Positions 1 through 13,471 of a stretch of DNA of 64,000 nucleotides are shown one piece after another. This DNA comes from Ascidiella aspersa (lineage: Eukaryota), in assembly GCA_963924565.1 (NCBI GenBank), contig OZ004609.1:24552001-24616000 (forward strand). Reading direction: 5' to 3'. Each line of letters opens with the position of its first letter. Position 1 is the first letter of the stretch. The notes beneath the pieces were generated by a model. That model did no database searches and was not told the origin of the DNA. It saw only the letters and a program-made list of their open reading frames with translations. The position numbers and the translations under genes were made by a program.

Positions 1-832
1 AGTCACTACGTGAGGCTTTGGGGCAAGCGCGAAGCCCTACCAGGGAAAAAAACAACATTAGCAAACCGCGCGCTCACGACCGCACGTGCTAGCGTGTTCG
101 CGCCCTGATGACGCAACAACTCAACCGTGGCGTTGAACGTTGCCATAAGCTGTATTGTATATTGTATGCTGTATATCGCACGCGGCTAGACAAGCACACA
201 GCTAGCTGCTAACCAGCATTGTTGGCTGCCTAGTAGATATCCTAATCAATGCTGACTTACTGCCTTATGTCAGCCAGTTACACTAAACTAGAGCAATGCC
301 TTGTGGCGTTATAAATAGCTGACTCTAATTATTTTTGTTATATAAGTTTAATATTAAAACAAATAATATTAAACAGTGGAAGGCGAGCGTATTTTCGGGA
401 CCTAGGGTGGGAAAGGAACTCTTTTTACCACAAATTTGGTATGGCATATCTATATGCTTAGTTTCCTTTTCGTGACTTGAATATAATACAACATGCAGAA
501 ATACAGTCAGGCTGGTATTTTGGAAAAATTAGAAGTGGGCTAGTGAATCGATTTTGGATAGTCCACTTAACATTCATCAATAATGTCTTTTTGGAAGGAT
601 CAGATGAATCCTTTTTAGGTCATAGTACCTTCTAAAAAAAAGTTCCCAGAAAATAAACCCTGACAAAAGTCAAAATCACCACATTACAAAATAAACCCCT
701 TGCAATTCTGATTTCGCTTGCAAACTGTCCGTGCTTTTTTTAACAGGCGTCTACAAATTCAAATTAACAAGAGATTTTACTGTCGCACAACCCTTAGCTT
801 AGCATAACAGCGGCATTGCAACAATCACATAC

Positions 833-1005
833 CGGTGTTTGTGAATAATGGCGTTGAAGGCTAGGCCGTCCCGCCAACTGGTAGTGAAGTTATGCACGTT
901 GACATTTGGGTAACCGGCCGTTTTCATCTGGCACCAAAGGAGCAGGGCATCCTTGGCCGACCTCGTTTCGCGGTTATCCTCTGTTTCAACGCTGATGTCT
1001 TGGAT
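833..1005 (-). CDS. SPTBN1: Beta-spectrin exon, CH1-CH2 linker and CH2 domain; gene continues beyond the left edge
   Basis: Translates as [58 protein letters not shown], the beta-spectrin CH2 signature. tag acceptor, CG|gtatgt donor, 173 nt, phase 0 to 2. Not in the ORF track. The symbol means SPTB/SPTBN-family, not a specific paralogue. Confidence 0.97.
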
Positions 1006-1453
1006 CTAGATATACGGAGGAAAGGTTTAAGTTGGACAATGGACATGTTACAATCGGGTTTTAGTATATTTTCCACATTTTGGTTAGGATACATGGCTCA
1101 TGGCTGTTTCAAAAACTTCGCCAAACCTAGTATTAACTTATCATTTGCACGAGTAGGGGAAGACTAAACTATGTATCTCGAAGGAAAAACATTATTCTAT
1201 TTTGATAATAGAATACAACGAATAGTCTGGAATAGGTCTGCTAGCAATAAAATATGGAATACACTACCTTAGATTAAACTGTGGTATGCCGACTACTGTG
1301 CCACTTAAAATTGAAGTTTAATTGAAGCCAAAAATATGTATCTGGACGAGATCTAGTATCTACTGACGTTACAATTATAGCTCGTTTTAACCTAATGTGG
1401 AAACTGATATATCCCAAAAGGTAGTTGTATTCATGAAACAAGAGTTTTTAAAC

Positions 1454-1627
1454 CTGGAATCTAAGAATTGTTGTCCAAATGAGGCCCAATATAAGTCTGT
1501 GATTGCCGTCGACAATATCATGAGATCCCATGTTTTCTAGATGAACTTTCTTGCTCTTCAGAAAGTCCAATGCCTTTCCTACGTTTTCCAGACAGTGAAT
1601 CCTCATCTTGCCTCTGGTTGGTTTTGG
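1454..1627 (-). CDS. SPTBN1: Beta-spectrin exon, second half of CH1 domain
   Basis: [58 protein letters not shown]. cag acceptor, CAG|gt donor, 174 nt, phase 0 to 0. Confidence 0.97.
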
Positions 1628-1682
1628 CTGTAACAAGTTTGGATCTTGGTTGATAGCCACAAGTTAGAAAGTATTGCTAAAA

Positions 1683-1822
1683 GTAGCTTGATAACGAATT
1701 GCAAAGCCAAAAGGTCGACTAGATCGTCGAAAGACGATTCAAGTTCGTATATAAACGTCTTAATCACAAGGTGATGTCGATCTACTAGATTTTTTGGGCT
1801 TTGCAATTAATTATCAAGCTAC
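1683..1822. mobile_element. Short palindromic MITE-like element in a spectrin intron
   Basis: Left arm gtagcttgataacgaattgcaaagccaaaaggtcgactagatcg versus the reverse complement of the right arm gtagcttgataattaattgcaaagcccaaaaaatctagtagatcg. A related sequence lies at about 61441-61515. Confidence 0.75.
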
Positions 1823-2358
1823 ATTACAGATCCGTGCATAGTGTACCCATCGCTAAAAATGAAGCTGTCAAACAAGTATTTTTTTTAAACTAGTCTTCAC
1901 TCAGCATTAATTTAAATAACATTTACCAAACACAATTTTTTACATAAAAATTTTCACATACAAAACGATGTATAAACTATTTCCAAAAAGTAACATCGTA
2001 CAGTTAATAATAGCGCCCAGTAAAAGAAACTAGTTTATTTTTAAACCTATTTATATATCAATCTAAACAAATAGAGAAAGAATAATAGTAGACGGAGCAA
2101 TGAACTGTAACAATACATTAATCAATATCTGGAATCCGCACTCATAATGCAATACAATAACATAATTGAACATTGCTAATCAGATAACAAGCATTGTCAT
2201 CATGATAAGTAACCCTGTTGTAACTAGAACAGGAATGTCCAATCAGTTCTCAGTCATTACACAAACTTACTGTGTTTTCAAGAGTAAACCATATATATAA
2301 TACACATGGCACATAACATGGGCTCCAGTACGTGACGTTTGTTGCGCATATAACCTAC

Positions 2359-2510
2359 CAGCCTTTCTCCAGACAGGATTTCAAGCAGTTTTATGAGCAT
2401 CCTTCCATCTCTGAGGTCCATGTAAAGATCCTGGATGCGGCAAGATACTCTGACCAAGTGTGAGTTGACCCACTTTGTAAATGTCTTCTTCTGCACTCCT
2501 TCGCGCTCAT
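2359..2510 (-). CDS. SPTBN1: Beta-spectrin exon, first half of CH1 domain (common acceptor exon)
   Basis: (D)[50 protein letters not shown]. tttatag acceptor, CTG|gtaggt donor, 152 nt, phase 1 to 0. Confidence 0.97.
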
Positions 2511-4450
2511 CTATAAATACAAGATATAAATTGCTAGAAACTTTTTTCTTTAAGAAACTCAATCCACAAGCCAGCAGATATTTTTCGGATATTTATGTTG
2601 TAATCAAAATCAGTCATTTTATAAGTGGCAAAAAGAACATATTTCACCAAAAAGGCATCATCAGTACAGTTTCTTTATTAGAAAAGATCATTATAAGAGA
2701 CTGAAGAAGCCATATTGCCGAATTATATTTCTCACTACATCTTATAAAATTATATAAAGGATTTGACTGTAATTGACTGAGGAATGGATTTTATAGCGTT
2801 AAACAGCATTAATGGATATACCACTACAAGAATCACTTAATAAATCACTCGATTTGTGGTAATTTAATTCAACAGACAGTTAGTAGTTTCAATGAATAGA
2901 AACACTGACAAAAATAAAGGAGATTTTAAATTCTGGTTGCACCCAACCGTGGGCGAGACCATGCATGAAGATACTCCAAGGCATGAGGAATATTTTCATA
3001 GTTGACAAATACACAATGTTTGGAGGAATGCTAGTCATTTGACATGGTCAAAAGGTAATGGCGGCATTACACCTTAAAAATGTTGGTCTATATAACTATT
3101 GAAATGGTAGTAACAATCACACTTGTTTTTAATTATTCATGGGTTAATGTTAAAAGCACGTTGTACCCTGACAACGTGTCTGAAAACTATGAATGACCGG
3201 TACGACTTTAAAACATTACACCAACATTTGTACGAAAGTGTGAATGCCGGTGGCAGTGGGAAACACAAAACAAGAACTTCGATTTCCAGCGCCCCACATG
3301 TCACAAACTGAACGGAGCCCGTCCAATGCAAAGCCGCTTAGCTAAAGGTCGGCAAAGGTGCGTCATAACAGCTTGAAACGCGTTTGCGCGCCAAAAGCGT
3401 CCAAGTCACAAAACATGCGACGTCATCCCTCCAAGCCTAGCTAGAGGGATAGGGGCTGGGGCGTAAGGCAAACAGAGCGTTCATTGGCAGGTAATCGGGC
3501 GGCAAAGATAAGAATGGTGAAATATTAACCAGTAGGCCCGGGGCACGTAATAGCAGACATGGTATCCGAAATGGCCCGCGTTGGCTTTTGCTTTTTATGA
3601 AGCAGCTTTTTAATTTACCCCTGACGGAGTTTTAACTACCTGTATGAAGTGAATGGAAATCGATTTGGCGAACTGTTTGAATGTCCTTATTAGGTAAGTT
3701 TAAAAGTCGTTTTTACAACGACGACGAAATGTCAACATTCAATACCCATTACTTATCCTACACAACACATACGTACAGATTATTAAAACACTCTTTAAAT
3801 GTCAGTTTTTTAAATCGTTCAAAACTTTCTGTTTACTTTTTTGAGTCGAGACAACTCATTCATGTGAAAATGCAACTGCAAAACACTTAGGACCGACTAC
3901 GCAAAGCAATAGGAAGCAATACTGTCAACGATATCCCATTGATGCATGAGAGCTATTCTGCTATTAAACCGGTCAGTGAAGGATTCACGAATAGTCTTGT
4001 GGCATTAACTGGGGCCAAAGCCAGAGAACAGTGTAACCATTAACAACTGTGACGCAACGTCTGCACTCAGGTGCACTTTGGTGTTTTCTTCTTCACTTAC
4101 TAAAGTAAGAAACAAGTTATCTTTAATCCCTAGTGGGTTTAGATATGGCAAGTAACTATTGAACATCAAGTAAAAATTAAATTCGCCTTAACAATGTGAG
4201 GAATTCATTGTTTAAAATCCTGAAGCCAGGTTTTTTCTATGTAGCCTGTGTTAATTAAGGGAAAACCAAAGAAACTTCGAAATCGTGACACACCAAAATA
4301 TATGAATAGTCTTACACCTGGATATTATATATACGAAAACTTTATCGTACATATAACTTATTCCCAAATAGGTATGTTACGAAATAAACGCAACAAATCA
4401 GGTGGGTGGGGGCAAACTTTGGGATTGAAAATGTTCCGGACTCAACAAAC

Positions 4451-4625
4451 CTTGCAACTGTCGAATGCGACCATCTGCGGCGGTGGCGCGCAGATTTGCG
4501 TAACTGTTCTGCGGATCGTCGAAAACAAAACTACCACCACGTGACCTCCTCCCCTTGGCGGACGGTATGACGTCATCTACACCGTCGATTGAAGTCGATC
4601 GGCTACTTTTGGTTTGCGTCGTCAT
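4451..4625 (-). CDS. SPTBN1: Beta-spectrin alternative proximal first coding exon (GRIRQLQ type)
   Basis: ATG at 4625, MTTQTKSSRSTSIDGVDDVIPSAKGRRSRGGSFVFDDPQNSYANLRATAADGRIRQLQ, then G|gtttgt. The phase-1 donor completes the Asp of DERE. The end resembles GRFKQLQDERE of the alternative vertebrate SPTBN1 N-terminus. Confidence 0.85.
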
Positions 4626-7600
4626 AGCTCTTAGCAAGTCTTGCGCTCGTATCCGGTCAAAGCTCTTTTCGCTTTGTGAGAAGTGATATCCGATGTTTTG
4701 CTTTTGTTCTTCTTGGTTTGGTGATGTATAAATCCACTAGAGTTGCGGTAAGTGCATCCCGCGTCACACCAGAACGCGTACTAACACACAACACGGGCTT
4801 TCCTACGCCTCTTAGGTTGACTGCATCACGAGTACAAGGTTTAGCTTGTGCAAGTCAAATAGCATTTAACTATACAGCTATACAAGCTAAAGACGACTTC
4901 CTAAAACCTCTGGGAGAGCTAAATTTGATCGACTGACTAACTAACAAATGCTGAGTCGCGTTTTACAACAACACAACAAAACCAAAGACCGCGCTTTTAA
5001 CCTCTGGATGACCATACTCCAAGTAGAACAATCTCAGTCCTATTTGTTTGAATATTCCACGGCAAATTTACCTTATTCGCATGTGCCTCTATTCTCCAGC
5101 TTTCAACGTTTTTATTTTTACTTGACAAACCATCGTTGTGCTAAAAAGCTCGTTCAAAATGACAACAACAGTCAATTCTAAATTTATGCTTTCTACTTAT
5201 AAGTATATTCGAATCCCTCCCCAATCTAAAGACAAACATTCCTAAAAACCTCCAACAGTTTTAAGTTGAAATCGTTTGCACACATGACTACTCTTACGGA
5301 ATTCACTCGTTCGCACCTGATCAACACTGGCACATAGACAACACGTTCGGCCAGTCGTATCGCGCAATTCGACATGCCCATTGTCCTATTGAAATCATCG
5401 GCAAAGCGCAGGCCGCAGAGTGGCCTATACAAGCAACTCGTCGCATGAGCGCACAGCCAACAGGTGACCGCGCGGACGAGGGCCGCCCATTCGACTAAAC
5501 AACTTTCCGACGACCGGCCGAAGTTTACGGTTCGGATCGGCAACGGGCTTCGAGTGACTACAAGTTTCGACAATCGTTCCAAGTAGTTCCAACAGCGCCA
5601 AAGTTAAGCCGCGCCGTGTGTAGTTAACGCGCAATTGCGAAGAAGATCTACCCTGCGTCCGGGACACTCGAGCGCTCGCCTGAGCACCCACTCGGTGCAG
5701 AAAGCCGCGTTCAACAAACGGGCTGGAACGCTGAAGCCGAGTACAATTATTATGAGCTTCGGCCGCTTTTAGATGAAGACCTGCGGCGTTGTTTGCATTT
5801 TAGAGCCGTTATTTTTAGACACAGCGGTTAACGGTTTCGCTAAAGGACTCAACAAAATCAGACATTAAAAACTTTAAAATTGTAAAGCCCTTATTGTTAT
5901 TGCTTCCAAATTTTTAATTAAAAAGAAAACTTCTCTGCATCACACTCGGCAATGTAAACTGTAAAGCATCATCTTTCTGGATTAATCTTACAACCCTATG
6001 CGAAGATATTTTTCAACTACAGTTCAAAAATCTTACACAGCAATATTTATGGGGAAGGCGTAAGAACGTGGCATTCAGGTGACAAAAAATGCCATTTCAG
6101 ATATCAACGCGCACGCACACACACACACTTAACTGCTCGCACGCGCAACAACCAGACGAGGCTGGAGCACAGGCGAAAAGGCGGCTACGTGTATTGGGCC
6201 CGCAAAAGCGGCAGCGGCAGCTCCGGCAAGTGTACGAACAATGCGTGTGGGAGCGCGCACAAAAGGCAGGCCAACAATGGGCCAGGGCAATACAAAACAA
6301 ATAGAGGCACTACGGGCCGATCGAGGTTTATCGAGGGCTGCGTGACGAGCCATACAAGGCAGGCGGCGACTGGCAGTTCATATCGTGTTGTAAGTAACAA
6401 GCGATAAAACCCCGGTCGAGTCCCGCCATTGCGCGATTGGTGGCTGCAGAGTAATTCGCGTCGCCAGCAGATTTTTGGGGGCAATTTTGCGTCAAAAAGC
6501 GACCCGCCAAGTAGCGGGCATTGTGCGCGAGAAAGGTAACACCGAGATGCGCGCCTTGTACTCCTGGGATTGCTGATGGAGGCACAAGGAGACGCGGTTT
6601 AGCCCGGGCGAGTAACTGAAATGCAGATAAATTGATGACCCTGCAACACTGTATACCTATTGAAGGCTGATGGGCTCGAATGGGTTATTGAAATTTGCTA
6701 TCACTCTGCTAAATAATTTAAAAAAAGCTAAACGCGCTACATGGCCTTATTTAAATCTAATAAAATCTAAAATTAGTCTCAAATTACGTAAAAAAATTTT
6801 AACAATGCTCAAAGATTAGTACCAGAAGCGCACAACGATTTTAAAATTTGATAGAAAAATTATTCTTGCTAACAAGGGTCTATTTTTTAAATCGCCATCA
6901 TTTGGTGCAACATTCAGCATTTTGTACAACCGCAAGTTAAGTCTGTGTTTCACGAAGTATTTATAAATATTCCCTTACAACTGCTGTGAAAGGTTCACAT
7001 GTATGACACACACTCATAACAACACACCTGCTGCTCGCAACTTAAACTGCTGGGCGTGGACAAAGGACTTTTCGACACTCAATGAAAGCAGCGGAAACTG
7101 ATTGGGGCGGGTATTTAATCCGGCCCAACGTGGCGCAACTGTATCGTTTTCGTGGCTAGGAATACGACCAAAGAAAGTCATTTAGGCGAAACGAGAAGAA
7201 GACCATTGCTTTTGAATCGGCGTAGTATTGGAACAGTGCGATGTACAAAATTGCCTGTTGCGGATGTCTTTTTAAACGCGAAAGTCAACGAAACACGAAT
7301 TCAAACAACATGCTTTTACTTCATCCTGTTTTAACTTCAACAATAATTCTACAGTAGCCATCAGTGTTGCTTATTTTACGTTTTAAATTTTAGTAGTGTA
7401 AAATGCGCTTTTCAAAAAGTAGACATATAAACGTCACATATATGTTGCTATTAATGTATGAAAAAGGGCAATTACTGCAATGTTACTCTTCAATTTCCCT
7501 AAGGTAAACCTAAATTCCTAATCAAATGCTTAAAAAGGCAGTGTGTAAAACACTAGCATAATGTGAAAAACATTCTTACTTAAAACGTACATACATAGAC

Positions 7601-8122
7601 CCAAGTAGCACACATCTAAAAAAAAATAGCATGGCAGTAAATAACAAAGCGTGCCGTTCGTCGGCCAATTACAAATCGAGCGCCGTAAACCTATTTTTAT
7701 TTTTTGTGACAAGGGCAATTTGATGTATCGTTAAACGAAGCAAGCGTGTGTTGATTTAATGCAGCGCACAGACGAAGTAGCTGGAGATCAGTGAGACGAA
7801 CACATGCATTGAGACGTTGTAGCTCAACAGGTTAGTAAATGATTGATGTTCATTGTGCACACACACAAAGCGGAGCTAGACCTCGGCCTATTACGACATG
7901 CTGAAAAACGAGGCGAGCGATCTTATTTTAATTAGCTGCACCGTAATGGCGCTCAAGAGATTCACGCGCGACAAATTAAGATATGTACAATAAATACAGA
8001 TTAGGATAAGCGCGCGATAATTGGCGCATTCTACGCGGATAAACGTTCAGGAATTACGACGATTTTATTGCTCACAGATTGTCACTAGAAACAACCGTTA
8101 GTGAGATATACCAACTCTAACC

Positions 8123-8363
8123 CAGGTTTTTCAAACCGGGCCCAAGGCAAACTTAGAGGGGCACGAAGCGGGCCTCCGAGGCAATAATAATATAATATTT
8201 TCTTTATTTGCTAATGAAACTCAAATTTGGGTTTCATTACGACTAAAAACACCTTCTTTGTGACGTTCTGAGACGTGTCTTTTCTGAAACGTGGGTAGTG
8301 GTGAACAAAATGCTAAGAGCCCGTGGAAGAGAGCCACCACTTATAATAGGTTGACAACCACTG
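8123..8363. mobile_element. Degenerate hAT (Charlie/Buster-like) MITE
   Basis: Ends caggtttttcaaacc and ggttgacaaccactg are imperfect CAGxGGTT-type TIRs. No clean TSD. Confidence 0.5.
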
Positions 8364-11300
8364 ACTAAAGCTTTAAATCTGTTTTTTTTTTCAGGTCTAC
8401 CACTTTTTTAGTTTGCACTGCACCTAGCAGAATACCACTAAAGCAATGTAATTTCAAAGATGTCCTACGCTTGTCTAATCTAGTCATCAGCCCACTACGA
8501 CAGCACAATTGCGGCCTTGTAAAAATAAACAGCCACTCGTTGTTCGATTGCCAGTGCGTCTATCAATATTTAGGTGGACAGTGTCAGCTTTCCGCGTCAA
8601 ATCGTTTAACAAAACTAAATAGTTTGACCGTCGGTCACTGGCGTATGTTTCTGCTACTGGCCTACCATACATTTACAGCACATCAACCCTTATTTTACAA
8701 GTCCGTTTTTTGTTACGACCTGCAACCCTTAATTTCTTATAACGTAGGAAGGCCAGCACGCACTATCACAACGTAAAGCAAATAGGTAGCCAGCCTCGTT
8801 CGAATAAGCAAAGTGACAATCGCCCACGAAAAACTGCGAACAATACACGCAGCGTGGCTGAAAAATAAGAGTCCGGGTCAGAATAAATGATTAACCAGAA
8901 TCCATCGAGGCTAAGCAGCTCCAGGTTGTGATAAAGCGTCCAGCTAGTGTCAATGCGACGCGTTCGGGCCAGGGCGTCGGTTGGCCAAGTGCAAATATTG
9001 CCAAAGGCGGGCAATAAATTAACAATTAACTTTGATATGTAACGGGAAGATGACGACACCCTTTGCCGTCTTCAAATACGCTTTCTTCAAAAAATGTTTG
9101 AAGATTTTAAATTAGCATGCTTGTGATTAACGGTCAACAACAAATCAAGTTGCTTCTGCAAATAAAACAGTTCATTCACGAGAAATATAGAAACAACAAC
9201 TCCTTTCAAAAAGGGTTATTCCCTGGTGCATAAATCTGTGGTTGTGAGGTTATACGTTTCGTAATTCATCATTTATGGTCTACTACGCTTGTGACAAATT
9301 TAGATTAAGTGTCTGGCTTATGGCGTAACGTAGCTGTAAAATTAAATAACATGTAAAGTTGTGTGCGTTTTAGTAGATAAATTTGAATTGCAACATTGAA
9401 CAAAACAAGCTGCAAATGGGTAAATCTGTAAAGTGCAACTACTGCGTCAATAGATTAACAACCGGTCAATATCGCCATCGCTTTTATATTAAGTGTTGTA
9501 TAAGAGTGTTGGTCCGGGTTTGAGAAAGGTCGTCAACGTGGACAAACGTACACTCCACATCGATTTACTCTAATACAATGCGCGGTTCAATACAAATCCG
9601 CTCGCTTGAAAGCAACGCGACAGTTGCGTCGCGCTCGAGTCGCGTGCGCGCCCGAATAGGGTTATTCAGGTGCACTCGAAACGAGCTTTCACAGCACACA
9701 CACATCAGGGATCAAAACAGCGCCACCTATCGAGCGATGGGCGTGTCAGCCCCGGACAAATCGTAACTTGGAACACACTACTCGTTCGCACAGTGCGTTT
9801 AGGGGCGCTGGAGTGCCATCGCTGAGCGTTGGAGCCAAGGGGCAGAGTCAAGTGCGCGACAAGTGACATTCGACAGAGGTCGAAGCCTCTCTTTCTCACT
9901 CTCCACCGAGCAACAAACCGGCCGGCTGCTCGCGCCGAGTCGGTAGCGTGATAACGCCGTGTTCGTCGAGGATTTTGCTGAGCCATGCATGCAGCAGGCC
10001 TAATCAAATAGCTGGTAACAGGGCTCGAAACGTATTGTTTGGCAACGGGTAACATTGAATTATTGAATGCAATGAATCTGATGTTTAACCAATTCCTCAT
10101 CGAGCCTCCCAACGGGTAAACAGTAACATTTGTTTACTGTAAAAGTTGCAAGTTTTTCTAAATGTTTTGTAGAGAGTGTTCCAGCCTCTAAATTTTGGTT
10201 GTGATTTGTGACTGGTTAGCCGTAGTTAAGCACATGTTAAAATGTTGGTGGAAACATGTGAGCTTTTTAGTTAACAAAAAAATAATTCATAATATTTGTT
10301 CCTGTAAAATGGTTGATATTCATCTGACTTCCACGTTGATCAGATTTTATGAGTCAACGTTAGCCTCACTCCACGTGAAACAACCCGTCAGAATGCTACC
10401 TGTGCGGCGCTGCGCTTTGGCAACGTATCATCTACTAGTTTGTTCGTGCTATACAGCCACAGGGTTACAGATCATAGCGTGTGTCCATGTTCTGAGAGAC
10501 TGACACATTTTTTCAAATTTTTGATGAGAGATTTAAACGATGGTGCTTTATGGAGATGCGATCTTCACTTAAGAGAAATAAAGATATGGCAATTTGCACG
10601 AGCAAGACTTGGAAATGCCAAAAATCAAATAAATAATAAACACGATGGACGCCATAAAATTGAATGAAATATTATTTATTATAATATATTGCAACATTCC
10701 TATTATGCAATCACCCATACAGTGTATTGATGACCTGAAGTAGTATGAACATATGGCAATTTTGTAGTAATTGTAACAAGTTGATCAAAATGCTAACTGT
10801 CCCTAAATTGAAGACGAACTTACTTAAGGCAATTCAGATGCCCTTGTGAAATCAATGAAATATTAATATGCAAGTAACCACAGAGCGGACTGGTATTCTT
10901 CTGCTGGATAGCTTAACTCTACAAAAACAACATTCCGCGCTACAATTCCAGAAGGTTTTAATCATTTCCTTGTATAAAAAAATATGTTTCGGTCTACAAA
11001 GGCTAGAACAGTCACGTGTCATCGTTTTATTGTCAGTCATAACTCATAAACGTACCAAATGCAGATTGAATGGCAATGTAAAATATTGTTGAACACATGC
11101 CAGCAATGTTTAGTCTGTTACAACGTCAACAGATCCTAATAGGCAATTAACTAAAACACCATCTTTCAAGTAAGTACAATAGTACATATATCGTCCAGCC
11201 AAGGAAACATTTTCATTCACACTAGTCGACAACAAACTAGTTCACATTTCACCGAAAATAAAAAAGTGTTTGGTCTTAGTCATGATCTTTTTTGTTAACT

Positions 11301-11665
11301 TTATCACCTACCTCTTAAAATTAATGGCGGCAATCTTGTGTTATTTGACAGTGCCGTATTTCATATATAAAAAACAAAAAAAAAGTATTCAGTTAGAAAA
11401 AGCAAAAAAAAAACGGAGAATATAATCCATGTGCTTGGAATGTCCCACAGTCTAACCGCACATTACAAAATCTGGACCCTGTATGTTGCACGTATAGTTA
11501 CGTCCATAGAATAGATCGCATGTCGTATTATTTTGCTTTGACGAGGCACGTATTGGGCAAAATGCAAGACTCAAAATATCGATGTCTCTACGGCAATCCG
11601 AATTTCGTGGTTGACAACGATATAACCAGAAAGCCTTCCTAAAGGTTAAAACATATCTATCGCAC

Positions 11666-11835
11666 CTGCAAGGGCCTTGATGCGGGTTTGCTCGAACTGC
11701 CGCGCTGAGCTATTGTCGAGGTCTGCTTCCTCGTCCTCGTATTCTGGTTTGTCCCATCTCTTGTCGATGTACTCCTCCATGTCGTACTTTAGGTCTTCGT
11801 TGCCGTTGTCGGTCGTCGCCCGTTGGTTTTGAGAA
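11666..11835 (-). CDS. SPTBN1: Beta-spectrin canonical N-terminal exon (RIKALA type)
   Basis: SQNQRATTDNGNEDLKYDMEEYIDKRWDKPEYEDEEADLDNSSARQFEQTRIKALA matches the conserved RWD...NSSARLFERSRIKALA. ttttttcaag acceptor, G|gtgcga phase-1 donor, 170 nt, internal ATG at 11780. Not in the ORF track. Confidence 0.93.
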
Positions 11836-13471
11836 CTTGAAAAAATATTTTTTTTGGTTATTTAGGGCAGAATTTGCAAGTAGATTTTTTATAAATTTTC
11901 GGAAATGATATCAGTGAACAAAATTTCCTTGGGAAGTAGCCTATTTCGTTGAGAAGTAGCCTATTTCATTAAGAAGTGTTTTAAATTTTCTTGAAAAATT
12001 ACGATTTTTTTTAGTATATCCAGACGCTAAAAGTTTTTGTGTTGTACGGTTGATCATAAAATACAATTTCTTTGAAAGTATTTTGCAGTTATAGAATTAA
12101 GGTTTAAAATATCTATTTCTAAAATGTCATAAATAATTTTACATCAACTAAAGAAATCACAACTAAAGAAATAATATCGCAAATCGCTACTAAAGAAGCA
12201 AGACTTATACATAAACCATTACGTTTTAAGCCGATTAGTGATTCTAAGACAATAAGAAGAGGGGAATTAAGAAAGCACATCCGTTTATCTTACAGAGATA
12301 AGTACTAAAGTACATTGTGCGAAGGATATGGCCGACATTGACGCAGTTGAATCGAAAGATGAGCTGCAATTGCCCATGCACTCTCTATCAAGGGGTTATT
12401 GTCAACTTTGATAACTATTTAAATAAAATTCCATTTTTTTAACTAAGGCTGATTACCATTTTCTGAGAACAACAATTATAGTTGAATGTGCTTAATCGTA
12501 TTTTTTGTTGAGCTACCTTCTGATTTTTTTTTGTTGTTGTTGAAACTACCTTCTGAAAAAGATATAACGCATATTTTTGTGAAAAAAACGTATAGTTGTT
12601 GTTTGGAGTCAAAACTAGTACAATTTTAATCCTGATACAACAATAAACTTACCGAGGCGCACAGCCTATATAATGCACGTAGCCCGAGGCTGGCTATTAG
12701 AGATGTAGAACTTACTGTTATACCAATGGCTGTCACACTTGCTACAGTTATAACGCTCCCTTCCACGGCGGGAAACTTGTGTCTGTACCAAACAAGTAAA
12801 CGACTTGCCAACTATTGGAAAAGGGCTTTTATTGTGAAGTGACGAAAACCGAGACAGTGTTGTTTCATTCCAATACAAGACGGTTTCGGAGTGAAGCAAA
12901 GACACGGTTTCGTGGCATGTTTAATAATACAAGGAACCGTTGGTCGAGATTAGCTTAGGCCAGTGAATTTTTTCTATATTACAACTAAAAAAAATTCGTT
13001 ATCCAGAATTTTTCCTAAATCACTGAATGCACACTAAACTTTTTTAAACAAATAAATGCTTTAAATAGTCACAAAATAGATTAGTCGAGTTACCATTAGC
13101 AACACCATTTTGGCATCTGTGCAAATATTTATAACCCAAAATGAATGTTTTACCTTTATTAACGGCTCTTTAAAATTTAGGCCAATAAAAAAGAAAAACA
13201 TATCTCATTGTATCCTAAGTTTTCTTTTCCAAATAACTTGTTTTCAAACACAAGCCATAAACCAATATCGAAATTGGTTCTGATTTAGAAGCTTATGCAC
13301 CCCCAGAAAAAACAAAAATTACACCTCGTACTACTGCATCTGTTTCTACATATGTGCAGCGATAAAAGCTGCGGTTCCACTTGAAATTGGGAAGGCGCGC
13401 AGTCGCATGTTTCAGTAGAGCACCGTTCAACACGAATAAGCACTCGACGGTGCGGCACAATATGCACTTAC

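Noticed and set aside
5226-6600. Cluster of overlapping ORFs in a GC-rich part of the spectrin intron
   Set aside because: No recognisable protein or consistent splice pair. GC-rich non-coding DNA, possibly regulatory, explains the open frames, but I cannot support a specific site.
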